Shown: positions 1 to 8,564, counted from the stretch's first letter. The stretch is 64,000 bases of DNA from Clostridia bacterium (GCA_017555765.1 JAFZFT010000116.1:2038-66037), one strand, 5' to 3'. Made by a program: numbers and translations. Notes: generated by a model not told the origin, from the sequence alone.

Positions 1-517
1 TGATTTTATCAAGGACATAATCAAAAAATCTCTTGTCAGGTTTTGGTATGCCTATCGCCTCAGAAACAAATACATCTTTAAAATAGGGGAGAAGACCGCT
101 CTTTTCAAGTCTGAGAGCTTGTGTTTTGGCAACTCCGTTTGTGACTATGTAAAGCTCGTATCCCGCTTCTGCAAGCTTTTCAGAAAGTGCTTCAGCTCCG
201 TCCATTGTATATCCGCACTGGCTAAGAAGATTGAGATAATACTCGTTCACCTCAAGGGCATCTCCGTCAAATGTAAAACCTATGCTATCAAAAAACATTC
301 GGAATCGTATTCTTTTAAGTTCAGGTTTTGTAATTTCTTTTTTTTCGAGACGTTTCCAAAGCGCTTCATTTATTGATACATACGTACTTATATTATTTTC
401 TGTTACGGGTACGCCGTAATGCTCCATAGTTTTTATCAGTGAGTTGTGCTCAGATTTTGAAAAGTCGAGCAGTGTATTATCTGCATCGAAAAGTATAGTT
501 GTATATTTCTTATTCAT
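1..517 (-). CDS. HAD-IA family hydrolase, YjjG-like nucleotidase (partial; 3' end runs off the window)
   Basis: Own minus-strand translation from ATG at 515-517 gives MNKKYTTILFDADNTLLDFSKSEH... HAD motif I is DxDxT (FDADNT), motif II is YIVTNG, and the motif III Lys is in PKPDKRFF. An AGGAGA RBS lies about 7 nt upstream. It is missing from the ORF track because there is no stop inside the window. Confidence 0.75.
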   Translation of the reverse strand, partial: MNKKYTTILFDADNTLLDFSKSEHNSLIKTMEHYGVPVTENNISTYVSINEALWKRLEKKEITKPELKRIRFRMFFDSIGFTFDGDALEVNEYYLNLLSQCGYTMDGAEALSEKLAEAGYELYIVTNGVAKTQALRLEKSGLLPYFKDVFVSEAIGIPKPDKRFFDYVLDKI

Positions 518-709
518 ATTTTTTCTCCTAGGTTGATGTTTTGATTTTATAACAAAAGTACAATTATGTCAATCATAAGTAAGATTTTGATAAATTTCGT
601 GTAAATCTATTTACTTTTTTTCTTCTTGTGGTAAAATTATAAATGTATAGATATGCTCAGTTAAAATTAATGAGCAGGAAAGGTTAGGGTTAGTACCCGA
701 CACAGATTT

Positions 710-1264
710 ATGGATAACAGTACTTTCAATCAGGGGGTTGCTCCCGGTGGACTCAGGGACAGAACAGAAATCAAACTTCTTATATGCTATCTTCTCAAGA
801 CGCTGAAAAGATCTCTGACAAGAAGTCATATAAATGAAATTCTTCAGGAATACAGAATAGCTAATTATTTTGAGGTTAATACTGCAATAAGTGAGCTTGT
901 GACTGCAGGTCAGCTCACTTCGGATTTATCTGACGGCGATGAGGAAATAAGCCTTACAAGCAGAGCAAAGCTCGATGTTGGTCTGCTTGAAAGAGATTTA
1001 CCGCGTTCAGTAAAAGAAAAAGCTATCAGAAGTGCTCTTAAAATTCTTCAGCGTGAAAGAATAGAGAAGGAGAGTATAGTTGAAGTTGTAAAACTGGAAC
1101 ACGGCTATCACGTCTCTTTTACGGTCAAGGATATGGAAACAGAGCTTCTTAAGCTTACTGTTTATGTTGCGGATGAAAGTCAGATAGAAATTGCTAAAAG
1201 GAATTTTTATAATAACGCAACCGACATATATTCAGGTGTAATTTCAGCTCTTACAGTTGAATAA
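710..1264 (+). CDS. DUF4364-like protein (tentative family call)
   Basis: 184-aa ORF. The N-terminus ...RDRTEIKLLICYLLKTL... resembles the PadR-like start of clostridial DUF4364 proteins as I remember them. There is no clear SD sequence before the ATG. Confidence 0.45.
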   Translation: MDNSTFNQGVAPGGLRDRTEIKLLICYLLKTLKRSLTRSHINEILQEYRIANYFEVNTAISELVTAGQLTSDLSDGDEEISLTSRAKLDVGLLERDLPRSVKEKAIRSALKILQRERIEKESIVEVVKLEHGYHVSFTVKDMETELLKLTVYVADESQIEIAKRNFYNNATDIYSGVISALTVE

Positions 1265-1283
1265 AGAAAGCGAGGATTAATAA

Positions 1284-3512
1284 ATGAAAAAGTTTTTACT
1301 TTTTTTCACAATAACTCTTGCTCTGTGCGGAGTGGTTTTCGGTATGTATATGGAGTACATCCATATAAGTGAGTATCCGATTTTTATTGAAAGCTATGAC
1401 CATGGTACCTTAAGTGTTGATTTGCCAGGGGCACAAGGTGATGACGGTAAGTATAAGGTTATGGGCAAAAAGGATTCACAGGTACTTATAAATATAAATC
1501 CTGAAAGAAACGACAGTGAATACTATAACCTTAAAATGCTCACAGTAAACGGTGAGGATGTTACTGATCAGGTAAGAATGCTTCAGTACACAGCTACAGT
1601 TACACAAAAGCTTACGGTTGTTGCAACCTTCGAAAAAGGTGAGCGTCCCGAAGAAGATGTTGCAGTTAAGAAGCTCAGTGTTACTTCACCTGATATTGAA
1701 AAGTATGCTTCTAACGCATACCTAGGCTCATATTCAGCTTACAATATCAAGGACCCCTCAATAATTTATGATTCTGACAGTGGATATTTTTACTGCTTCG
1801 GTTCAAATAATGTTGTTATAAAGTCAAAAGACCTTGTTAATTGGATTGACAGAACAACCTATTTCAAGCATCCTGAGAATGCAGTCAGCAATACAATAAT
1901 GAGCTTTAGTCAGTTTGACTCCGTGAGCAGTTGGGCAAATGAACATGGTTATAGCGGTGATGAACTCAACTCTGATAAGAATCAGAACAGATCTCCGTCT
2001 GCTCCTGAAGTTGTAAAGGTTGGAAAAACATACTATCTTTACTACTCAATAGTAAAAGAGCAGGATGCTAACGAGTCGGCTATATTCTGTGTAAAGACCG
2101 ACAATCTTAAGTCCGCTGTTGATAACAAGGAGTGGACAGACGTAGGTCTTGTTGTCAGCACATGCGGCACTAACGGCGGAACACGAACTCTTATTGATGC
2201 TGACGGAAACAAGTCTACTGTCAATATTCCTGCTGAATATGATAAAGCAAATGCGACTCACCCTTCTGTTATGTATGACGGCTCAAAAATGTATATGGCA
2301 TACGGCGGTTATTACGGATCCGGCAAGCTTGGCGGAGAAATATATCTTCTCGAACTCAGCACTTCAACCGGACTTATGAAGAGTCTTGGCGGTATTAACG
2401 GTGAAGGCGAAAGCGTTTCAACTATGCACGACGGCAAGATGTACAAATCAGGTAAACTTATTGCAGATCCCGGTAGAGTACCTGCTCTTGAAGAGACAGA
2501 CGGAAGTCTTGTAAGTGGTGCAGATCTTGTTTACAATAAGGATGAAGGCTACTATTACCTTTTTGTGACCTATGGTTACGGTGATACAAACTATAACGTT
2601 GTCGTATCCCGTTCGAAAAAAGTAGAAGGTCCTTACACAGATTTCTCAGGTCAGGATATGGCATCTTACTCTAAAGGAAGTATGTACGGTAAGGGTTATA
2701 TGCTTATGGGCGGATACAATTTTGTTAACAGCAGTAAAGGTAAAGTTTCTTATACTGATGTCGGTCGCGCGAGTATTGGTGCGCCTAGTATAATCAAAAC
2801 TGAAAACGGAAACTGGTATATCGCTTCTCAGTCTCAGATTTATTTCAAGGCGGGAACAGAAATTACAACTTCAAGTAAAAAGGCAGAAGAGAGTTCACTT
2901 ATGCTCGCTTCCGAGCCCGCTCTTGAAGTCAGAGCTCTCAACTGGAATGATGAAGGTTGGCCTATGGCATCTCCCGAGGTATATGCAGGTAAGAGCAAGA
3001 AGGATACAAAAATCAAACTTGATGATCTTTATGGAAACTGGGATGTAATTTTATTTAGAAATTCAGGTGACGAGGATGATGCTAAAGCTGTTGCAAGGGC
3101 AGAATCACAGATTGTATCTCTTCTTGAGTACGCAACAATTTCTCAGAATGATATCAGTAATTCAAATGCGATAAACTTCAGCGGAGCTATAAAAAAAGAT
3201 GGAGCAGCATTTACGTTTACTCTTGATTCTGTTACTTATACTGTGTATCCCGATGCTGTTTGGGATTGGGAGCTCAAAGAAGGCAGTATTGTGTTTACCG
3301 GTATAGGCAGTGATGGTACTGCAATCTGGGGTAAGAAAAAGCTTTCAACTACTCTTGGTCTTTATACATCAGCATTCTATTATGTTTATGGGAAGTGTGA
3401 AGGTACACTTGCAGAGACCTACAAGCTCAGAACTGATGAACTCAGTATTAATCCTTCACAGGCACAGATTGATATCTGTGTAAATGATATGCTCGCAGAC
3501 CTTAAGAAATAA
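1284..3512 (+). CDS. Membrane-anchored glycoside hydrolase family 43-like protein (five-bladed beta-propeller, arabinanase-like) with extra N- and C-terminal domains
   Basis: It has an N-terminal TM/signal anchor (FLLFFTITLALCGVVFGMY). GH43-type blocks are present: IKDPSIIYDSDSGYFYCFGS, SAPEVVKVGKTYYLYYS and NATHPSVMYDGSKMYMAYGGYYG. An AGGA RBS precedes the ATG. Confidence 0.65.
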   Translation: MKKFLLFFTITLALCGVVFGMYMEYIHISEYPIFIESYDHGTLSVDLPGAQGDDGKYKVMGKKDSQVLININPERNDSEYYNLKMLTVNGEDVTDQVRMLQYTATVTQKLTVVATFEKGERPEEDVAVKKLSVTSPDIEKYASNAYLGSYSAYNIKDPSIIYDSDSGYFYCFGSNNVVIKSKDLVNWIDRTTYFKHPENAVSNTIMSFSQFDSVSSWANEHGYSGDELNSDKNQNRSPSAPEVVKVGKTYYLYYSIVKEQDANESAIFCVKTDNLKSAVDNKEWTDVGLVVSTCGTNGGTRTLIDADGNKSTVNIPAEYDKANATHPSVMYDGSKMYMAYGGYYGSGKLGGEIYLLELSTSTGLMKSLGGINGEGESVSTMHDGKMYKSGKLIADPGRVPALEETDGSLVSGADLVYNKDEGYYYLFVTYGYGDTNYNVVVSRSKKVEGPYTDFSGQDMASYSKGSMYGKGYMLMGGYNFVNSSKGKVSYTDVGRASIGAPSIIKTENGNWYIASQSQIYFKAGTEITTSSKKAEESSLMLASEPALEVRALNWNDEGWPMASPEVYAGKSKKDTKIKLDDLYGNWDVILFRNSGDEDDAKAVARAESQIVSLLEYATISQNDISNSNAINFSGAIKKDGAAFTFTLDSVTYTVYPDAVWDWELKEGSIVFTGIGSDGTAIWGKKKLSTTLGLYTSAFYYVYGKCEGTLAETYKLRTDELSINPSQAQIDICVNDMLADLKK

Positions 3513-3515
3513 ATT

Positions 3516-3548
3516 AAAATGTCGGGATTTCTCCCGACATTTTTGTGT
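3516..3548. terminator. Bidirectional intrinsic terminator between the convergent GH43 and sleB genes
   Basis: Hairpin GTCGGGA-tttc-TCCCGAC (3521-3538) is flanked by an A-rich run upstream and a TTTTTGTGTTTT run downstream. Confidence 0.8.
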
Positions 3549-3558
3549 TTTAAGCTGG

Positions 3559-4248
3559 TTATTTGCAGAAAACATGGTTTCCTATTGTTGTAATAACGGG
3601 TCTGGAATACATAAAGCTGTTTGATGTTTTTGCAGGATTATAATAGTAAATTGCACCGCCACTCGGATCCCATCCGTTAATGCAATCTCTTGCAGCCTTT
3701 ATTGAATTTGAATCTGGGGATACATACCAATTATTGTCGTTGACGCAGGAAAAAGCCCCCCGTTGGTATATTACACCCGCAATGGTGTCAGGGAAAGAAG
3801 CGTGCTCGACTCTGTTCAGTACCACGGCACCGACTGCTACCTGGCCTCTGTAGGATTCACCTCTTGCTTCTGCTGCAATAAGCTTAGCAAGAAGATTTAT
3901 ATCACTGCTTGAATATCCTCCTGTAGAGCCTGAAGAAGAGCCTAATCCTAAATATTTAAGTGTTTTGGGACCCGTTATACCATCGGCGGTTATGCCGCAG
4001 TTTTTCTGGAAGGAGCGTACTGCTTTTTGAGTAGCTATTCCGTAAATTCCGTCAACAGAACCCTTATAATAACCTAATTCCTTAAGCTTGGTCTGTATTT
4101 TTCTGACCTCATTACCCTTTGAACCTAGTTTAGAAAGAGTACTTACGGAGTCGTTCTGTAAAGCAGCTGCAAAACAACTGAAAAACAGAGCTATAACCAT
4201 AAGTATAGTTATAACCCTTTTGAAATTTTGTTTATTGAATCTTATCAT
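3559..4248 (-). CDS. sleB: Spore cortex-lytic enzyme SleB (peptidoglycan-binding domain plus Hydrolase_2 domain)
   Basis: The PG_binding_1-like block is GNEVRKIQTKLKELGYYKGSVDGIYGIATQKAVRSFQ. The SleB catalytic block is LLAKLIAAEARGESYRGQVAVGAVVLNRVEHASFPDTIAGVIYQ. I chose the start at Met18 of the track ORF (MIRFNKQ...) because GAGGTGAAGG lies just upstream and a signal anchor follows. Confidence 0.85.
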   Translation of the reverse strand: MIRFNKQNFKRVITILMVIALFFSCFAAALQNDSVSTLSKLGSKGNEVRKIQTKLKELGYYKGSVDGIYGIATQKAVRSFQKNCGITADGITGPKTLKYLGLGSSSGSTGGYSSSDINLLAKLIAAEARGESYRGQVAVGAVVLNRVEHASFPDTIAGVIYQRGAFSCVNDNNWYVSPDSNSIKAARDCINGWDPSGGAIYYYNPAKTSNSFMYSRPVITTIGNHVFCK

Positions 4249-4299
4249 AACCTTCACCTCGGATATATTGTTCCCTAAGATGAAGAAAATAACAGACAT

Positions 4300-5250
4300 T
4301 TATTTGATTTCAGCCTTTTTCTTAGTTTTCTGCTTTGATATTGCTGTTGTTGTGGCTGAGTACAAAAGAACAAGCACTGTAATTATAATAAAGTGATGAG
4401 TAGGATTTTCAACACCGAGCTTTTCAATTACTCTGAGTATACACTGGAACGCATATATTGGGAAGCTGAGAGTGCCTAGCCAATTAAGAAAACCGATGCT
4501 TAAATGAATCTGATTTGCAAAGTACAGCAAAGTGGGATACCCTACGATTACAAGAATATAAATCATATTCTGTGTTTTATCGGGAGCGGCGATGATCGAC
4601 AGCGTAAGTATACCTGCGGCAACAAAACCGAGCACTGCATCAAAACCTTTAAACTTATTAGTGATGCTTTCAGGTAAATGGGGGATAATCGCAAAAAGCA
4701 TACCGAGAGGCATTGAAGCAAAGGCTCTCAATGCTCCGCCGGGCCATTCTGCAAAGCTGGGTATTTTTCCTGAGATAAATATTGAAAAAATACTGAGTGC
4801 GGCAACAGAACAGTAAAATAAACAATCTTTTTTCAGTACTCTTCTTAAAATAAAGAAAAATGCCATTGCAAGGAATAAATCTCTTATATACCAAAGGTAT
4901 CCGAACATAAAATTATAAGAAAAATCAAAAGCAAAAGAATATATAAAAACAAAAATCTCACCGATTATAAATACAGTGGACAATGCTTTGAAACGTTGCT
5001 TTATAAAAGCCCACAGTCCCTTAAATACGGGCTGTGAATCGTACTTTTTCATCGAGCGTACAAGGTAGAAGCCTGAAAGTACGAAGAAAAACTCAACAGC
5101 AAGTTTTCCGTCTGAAAATAGATTGTTTCTATATGGTACATAATCGTGAAAGTAGAGCACCCAGATAGAAAAGAGAAAACGTAACAGTTCGATAATACTG
5201 TTTTTGCCTTGTTTGACTGTAATTTTATTTTGAATAGTATTTGATTCCAT
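4300..5250 (-). CDS. Acyltransferase family 3 (OatA-like) integral membrane protein
   Basis: It is polytopic, with the family-typical N-terminal block IIELLRFLFSIWVLYFHDY...AVEFFFVLSGFYL. The start is set at Met41 of the track ORF (MESNTIQ) because a TTGAAA-17-TATACT promoter lies inside the longer ORF. Confidence 0.75.
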   Translation of the reverse strand: MESNTIQNKITVKQGKNSIIELLRFLFSIWVLYFHDYVPYRNNLFSDGKLAVEFFFVLSGFYLVRSMKKYDSQPVFKGLWAFIKQRFKALSTVFIIGEIFVFIYSFAFDFSYNFMFGYLWYIRDLFLAMAFFFILRRVLKKDCLFYCSVAALSIFSIFISGKIPSFAEWPGGALRAFASMPLGMLFAIIPHLPESITNKFKGFDAVLGFVAAGILTLSIIAAPDKTQNMIYILVIVGYPTLLYFANQIHLSIGFLNWLGTLSFPIYAFQCILRVIEKLGVENPTHHFIIITVLVLLYSATTTAISKQKTKKKAEIK

Positions 5251-5275
5251 ATGAACACCTCTTAAATTCCGGAAG

Positions 5276-5304
5276 AGTATAACACAAGGTATATTAAATT
5301 TCAA
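5276..5304 (-). promoter_or_regulatory. Sigma-A type promoter for the acyltransferase gene
   Basis: The minus strand reads TTGAAA (5304-5299), a 17-nt spacer, then TATACT (5281-5276). Confidence 0.55.
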
Positions 5305-5317
5305 TAGAGTATGGCAA

Positions 5318-5352
5318 TAAAAAAAGCACAGCAACCTTTCAGTTGCTGTGCT
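5318..5352 (-). terminator. Intrinsic terminator of the ABC/LytTR/DUF3021 operon
   Basis: An 11-bp perfect stem AGCACAGCAAC / GTTGCTGTGCT (5325-5352) has a 6-nt loop. It is followed on the minus strand by a T7-8 run. Confidence 0.8.
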
Positions 5353-5467
5353 TATGGTGCGAGTGTTCATAAGGGAATTACTTAATGGTAGTGTTTATTC
5401 CCATTGCTATTAAGGGCGGTTTCGACAAAAAGAAACTGCCCTCAAAAAATGAGAGCAGTAAAAACAT

Positions 5468-5926
5468 TTAATTTAACGGATTCTTATCATCTGTTATCCT
5501 TTGCTGCTTTTCTTTCAGCATTTCATTAAGCTTTTTAGTATTTCGTTTAGTTGCGTAATAAATAATTGCCCAAACTGCCAGATACCCTACAACAAAAATA
5601 CCTGAGAAAACCAAAATTGGTGTTGTACCCCATTCAATCCAATCATTAAGCAGATAAGCACTTAAATAGCTGAAGTATAAGATAATGCCGTGTATCAAAA
5701 TTGCCGACATCAAGGGTAAGCGTTCTATATGATAAACAGCATTCATACCACCTGCTGTAAAGGCAAGTGCAGTTGTTGAAAAAATTCCTATACAGACCTG
5801 ATTGACAGTTAATGTATCTATCAGACCTTTATAATGCAGAATCATATATAAAACAGCAAGAACAATCGGACCGAAACCGCAAGCAAGCAGACCTCTGCGG
5901 AAAAATTCAGTAATAAATCTTTTCAT
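5468..5926 (-). CDS. DUF3021 family small membrane protein (4 TM)
   Basis: MKRFITEFFRRGLLACGFGPIVLAVLYMIL... matches my memory of DUF3021 N-termini. The start at Met38 of the track ORF forms an ATGA overlap with the LytTR stop (5923-5926). Confidence 0.7.
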   Translation of the reverse strand: MKRFITEFFRRGLLACGFGPIVLAVLYMILHYKGLIDTLTVNQVCIGIFSTTALAFTAGGMNAVYHIERLPLMSAILIHGIILYFSYLSAYLLNDWIEWGTTPILVFSGIFVVGYLAVWAIIYYATKRNTKKLNEMLKEKQQRITDDKNPLN

Positions 5927-6366
5927 ATTCCCTCGTACCTCCTTCTTATTTGTGAAAAACAACGCCGTGAAACATACTCGCGATAACCGCATCTGAACAC
6001 TGCGTCCACGCCACCGTTGAACACGGCGACAAAGCACTCAATACGATGTTCGTTGGCAAGAGCAGATTTGTTAATGCGTATAAAATAAGAAGGCAGAATG
6101 CTCTCCAGATCACGAAGTCTGTCCTGAATACGGTAGTGTTTTCCCTTCGTATCAACAACTGTTACTTTCTTATCAATTACAGTAATACACTCTATTTCAG
6201 AGAATAAGAGTTTTCTCATCTCGTCATCATTGTACCCCATAATGCTTTCAGCACCGGAAAAGTTGCAGACAAGATTTTCTATCTGCTCAGTTAAAGAAGA
6301 TGGAGCGTGAACCTTTGCAATTATCTCTTCATCTGCATCTTTATCTATAATGAGTTTATATTTCAT
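5923..6366 (-). CDS. Stand-alone LytTR-domain DNA-binding protein (no receiver domain)
   Basis: 147 aa. The C-terminal block HYRIQDRLRDLESILPSYFIRINKSALANEHRI is a typical LytTR core (F.R.H+S..VN-like). No phospho-acceptor domain is present. Confidence 0.8.
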   Translation of the reverse strand: MKYKLIIDKDADEEIIAKVHAPSSLTEQIENLVCNFSGAESIMGYNDDEMRKLLFSEIECITVIDKKVTVVDTKGKHYRIQDRLRDLESILPSYFIRINKSALANEHRIECFVAVFNGGVDAVFRCGYREYVSRRCFSQIRRRYEGI

Positions 6367-6378
6367 CGCATCAAATCC

Positions 6379-7110
6379 TTATTGTTTTTTCATTTGCCTG
6401 AGGAAGCTGAGAATAGCTATTGAAGTTATAAATACACTGTACAGAATAATAGGTATAACATTAGTTACGGCGAGCTCAAGGTTTCCACTGAATAATGCTT
6501 TTTCCATTTCTGCTGCGTGAACAAACGGTAGTACATTCGCGATTTTTTCGAAAAATCCACCCACAAGCTTCAGATCAAACCATACTCCGGATAGCCACGC
6601 AGAGAGATTAGTAAGTAATGCACCGCAAATACCGCCTACTTGTTTAACACCAAAGATACTGCCACATAAAAGTCCTAATGCAATATTAAAAACTGCCATA
6701 GGTATTATGCCTATTATAGCATAAATAATATTTACGCTTACAGTCAGACCCAAAGGAATTGCAAACAGATAGCAAATAATTGTCTGACTGATTGCAATGG
6801 GTAAAAGCGGCAGCATATAGCCGAGAATAAAATCAAAACCTGTAAGCGGTGATGCATATAATCTCTGCAAAAAGGCGCTTTCTCGGTCTTTGGCAATAAG
6901 CGTTGCAGAGAAAAGTGTCATAAACGATAAACCGAACACAGTAATACCCGGTGTAAGTGTGTCAATATCAAACAGTTCTGCGGGAATATTTTTCTGCAAG
7001 CTGCTCAGGAGTAATAGTAATACCAAAGGAAAACCTAGACCGAAAGCAAGGTTTACCGGGTCGCGCAGAAGCTCCTTTGTACACCTTTTTGCAAATGTCA
7101 GCATTCTCAT
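6379..7110 (-). CDS. ABC-2 type transporter permease
   Basis: 243 aa with about 6 TM segments. It sits immediately downstream of the ATPase, with which it shares an ATGA overlap. Confidence 0.75.
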   Translation of the reverse strand: MRMLTFAKRCTKELLRDPVNLAFGLGFPLVLLLLLSSLQKNIPAELFDIDTLTPGITVFGLSFMTLFSATLIAKDRESAFLQRLYASPLTGFDFILGYMLPLLPIAISQTIICYLFAIPLGLTVSVNIIYAIIGIIPMAVFNIALGLLCGSIFGVKQVGGICGALLTNLSAWLSGVWFDLKLVGGFFEKIANVLPFVHAAEMEKALFSGNLELAVTNVIPIILYSVFITSIAILSFLRQMKKQ

Positions 7111-7835
7111 AATGCAACCTCCTTCACAATAGAAACGAAGGCTGATTCGAAGTCCTTTGCACCTGTCATTATCTTCAATTCTTCTGCAGTTCCTACAGCA
7201 AGAAGATTACCGTCTTTCATAATACCTATACGGTCAGAAAGTGATTCTGCTTCTTCCATATAATGTGTTGTAAGAATAACGGTTACTTTGCCCTTCAATG
7301 AGCGAATCATATCCCAAAGCTCGTGACGTGCAATAACATCCAAGCCAAGAGTAGGTTCATCCAAAAAGAGAATGTGGGGTTCACTGATTAGTGCCATAGC
7401 AATACTTACACGGCGTTGCCATCCACCCGACAGCTTACCTGCTTTTCTCTTTAAAACAGAATCTAAAGCAAACTGCTCTGTAAGCTCATTGATTTTTGCT
7501 TTACTTTTTTCTTTAGTAAACCCATGAATACCACACATTAATTCAAGGTTTTCCTTTACAGTAAGATTAGGAGCTACTGCAGTTTCCTGAGGCGATACAG
7601 CAATCAATCGCTTTACCTGTTCGGGTTGTTTGTTTACACTGTATCCTCCTATAAATGCTTCCCCATCCGTTGGTTTTGTTATGCAGGTTAACATCTTAAT
7701 CGTTGTTGTTTTTCCTGCTCCGTTAACACCCAACAGAGAAAAGAGCTCACCTTGCTGTATTTCTAAATTGAGCTTATCCACAGCAGTAAGATTTTTGTAT
7801 CTTTTGACAAGCTCCACTGTTTTTATTTCTTGCAT
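7107..7835 (-). CDS. ABC transporter ATP-binding protein
   Basis: Walker A is GVNGAGKTT, the signature is LSGGWQRR, Walker B is ILFLDEPTLGLD, and the H-loop is LTTHYMEE. An AGGAGG RBS precedes the start. Confidence 0.9.
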   Translation of the reverse strand: MQEIKTVELVKRYKNLTAVDKLNLEIQQGELFSLLGVNGAGKTTTIKMLTCITKPTDGEAFIGGYSVNKQPEQVKRLIAVSPQETAVAPNLTVKENLELMCGIHGFTKEKSKAKINELTEQFALDSVLKRKAGKLSGGWQRRVSIAMALISEPHILFLDEPTLGLDVIARHELWDMIRSLKGKVTVILTTHYMEEAESLSDRIGIMKDGNLLAVGTAEELKIMTGAKDFESAFVSIVKEVAL

Positions 7836-7906
7836 TTACGTTAGCCTCCTTTTTATTTGCGGTACCATCATAGCAAATATAAAAGAGGAAATGTTGTTTT
7901 TTTATT

Positions 7907-7936
7907 TAATCGGTCATTTATCGCATCTCATCGGTT
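7907..7936 (-). promoter_or_regulatory. Candidate LytTR operator: two direct repeats phased 21 bp apart upstream of a -35-less promoter
   Basis: The minus strand reads aACCGATgA (7936-7928) and gACCGATtA (7915-7907), with core starts exactly 21 nt apart. A TATATT -10-like hexamer (7881-7876) lies 25 nt downstream of the proximal repeat, with no good -35. This places the repeats at about -38 to -67. Confidence 0.45.
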
Positions 7937-8170
7937 GCAAAAAGTATATCACATTAACGCCTTATATTTCAAATTGCATATCCTTATACGTTAATTTTCA
8001 GTACAAGGATTTTTTAAATTCAAAATTTTAAAGTAAAGGAAGTGAAAAATGCTTTAGCGAACCAACCGAAAAAACAATAAAAAAGCGTGGGATAAGTCTT
8101 AGCAAGCATTGAATTTGTGCATACAAATTCCACTTGTTAGGGACGGCCCTAAAGCCCGTATGAATATAAC

Positions 8171-8205
8171 CAAAACAAAAAGTCGCACTCCGAAAGGAAT
8201 GCGAC
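8171..8205 (-). terminator. Second (strong) intrinsic terminator downstream of tRNA-Leu
   Basis: The minus-strand hairpin GTCGCATTCC-tttc-GGAGTGCGAC forms 10 bp including one GU pair. It is followed by TTTTTGTTTT. Confidence 0.75.
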
Positions 8206-8249
8206 GATACATAAAAACTATTAAATGATAACAAAACTCTATTTTAAGC

Positions 8250-8291
8250 AAAAAAATGAGTATTCACAGGTCAAATCCCTTATGAATACTC
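8250..8291 (-). terminator. First intrinsic terminator immediately after tRNA-Leu
   Basis: A 9-bp stem GAGTATTCA / TGAATACTC has a 16-nt loop and is followed on the minus strand by T7. Confidence 0.6.
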
Positions 8292-8295
8292 AATA

Positions 8296-8382
8296 TGGTG
8301 CGGATGACGGGACTTGAACCCACATGAAATCGCTTTCACTGGAACCTGAATCCAGCGCGTCTGCCAATTCCGCCACATCCGC
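8296..8382 (-). tRNA. tRNA-Leu (anticodon CAG), type II with long variable arm, encoded CCA
   Basis: The reverse complement is GCGGATGTGGCGGAATTGGCAGACGCGCTGGATTCAGGTTCCAGTGAAAGCGATTTCATGTGGGTTCAAGTCCCGTCATCCGCACCA. The acceptor stem is GCGGATG/CATCCGC. The anticodon stem CTGGA/TCCAG carries loop TTCAGGT. A TTCAAGT T-loop is present. Confidence 0.92.
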
Positions 8383-8444
8383 ATATAACCCTATTTCCAC
8401 TCGGTGGGATAACCGAGGCGGCTTACTGCTTATCCGCTCCGTAA

Positions 8445-8473
8445 ATACTACCACAAATGAATTTGTAAGTCAA
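8445..8473 (-). promoter_or_regulatory. Sigma-A promoter for tRNA-Leu
   Basis: The minus strand reads TTGACT (8473-8468), a 17-nt spacer, then TAGTAT (8450-8445), about 60 nt upstream of the mature tRNA 5' end. Confidence 0.6.
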
Positions 8474-8564
8474 TAGTTCGGTGAGATTATTTTTGTGAGT
8501 GAAACATTTATCTGCCACTCTTTACAAAATTGACTTTCGGTATATAATTGTAATATGAAAGAGG

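Noticed and set aside
119-376. An 85-aa plus-strand ORF lies at the left edge of the window.
   Set aside because: It is antisense to the clearly motif-bearing HAD hydrolase CDS (1-517, minus strand).
4249-4330. I looked for forespore and mother-cell sigma-factor promoters: a sigma-G-like CATCTTA -10 upstream of sleB, and a sigma-K-like element upstream of dpaA at 25741-25800.
   Set aside because: There are only partial matches to loose consensus sequences in AT-rich DNA. The -35 elements are unconvincing, so I did not report them as features.
7891-8031. A possible 46-aa peptide gene (MLFFYLIGHLSHLIGCKKYITLTPYISNCISLYVNFQYKDFLNSKF) is divergent from the LytTR/ABC operon. It was tempting as a bacteriocin or pheromone precursor.
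   Set aside because: The GAGG motif sits only 2 nt from the ATG. There is no leader or double-Gly motif. The ORF overlaps the putative LytTR repeats and the promoter of the opposite operon. It is simply the tail of a longer antisense ORF (7630-8031).
8028-8234. A 68-aa minus-strand ORF lies in the gap between the ABC operon and tRNA-Leu.
   Set aside because: It spans a strong intrinsic terminator hairpin (8171-8205), has no RBS and has junk-like composition.
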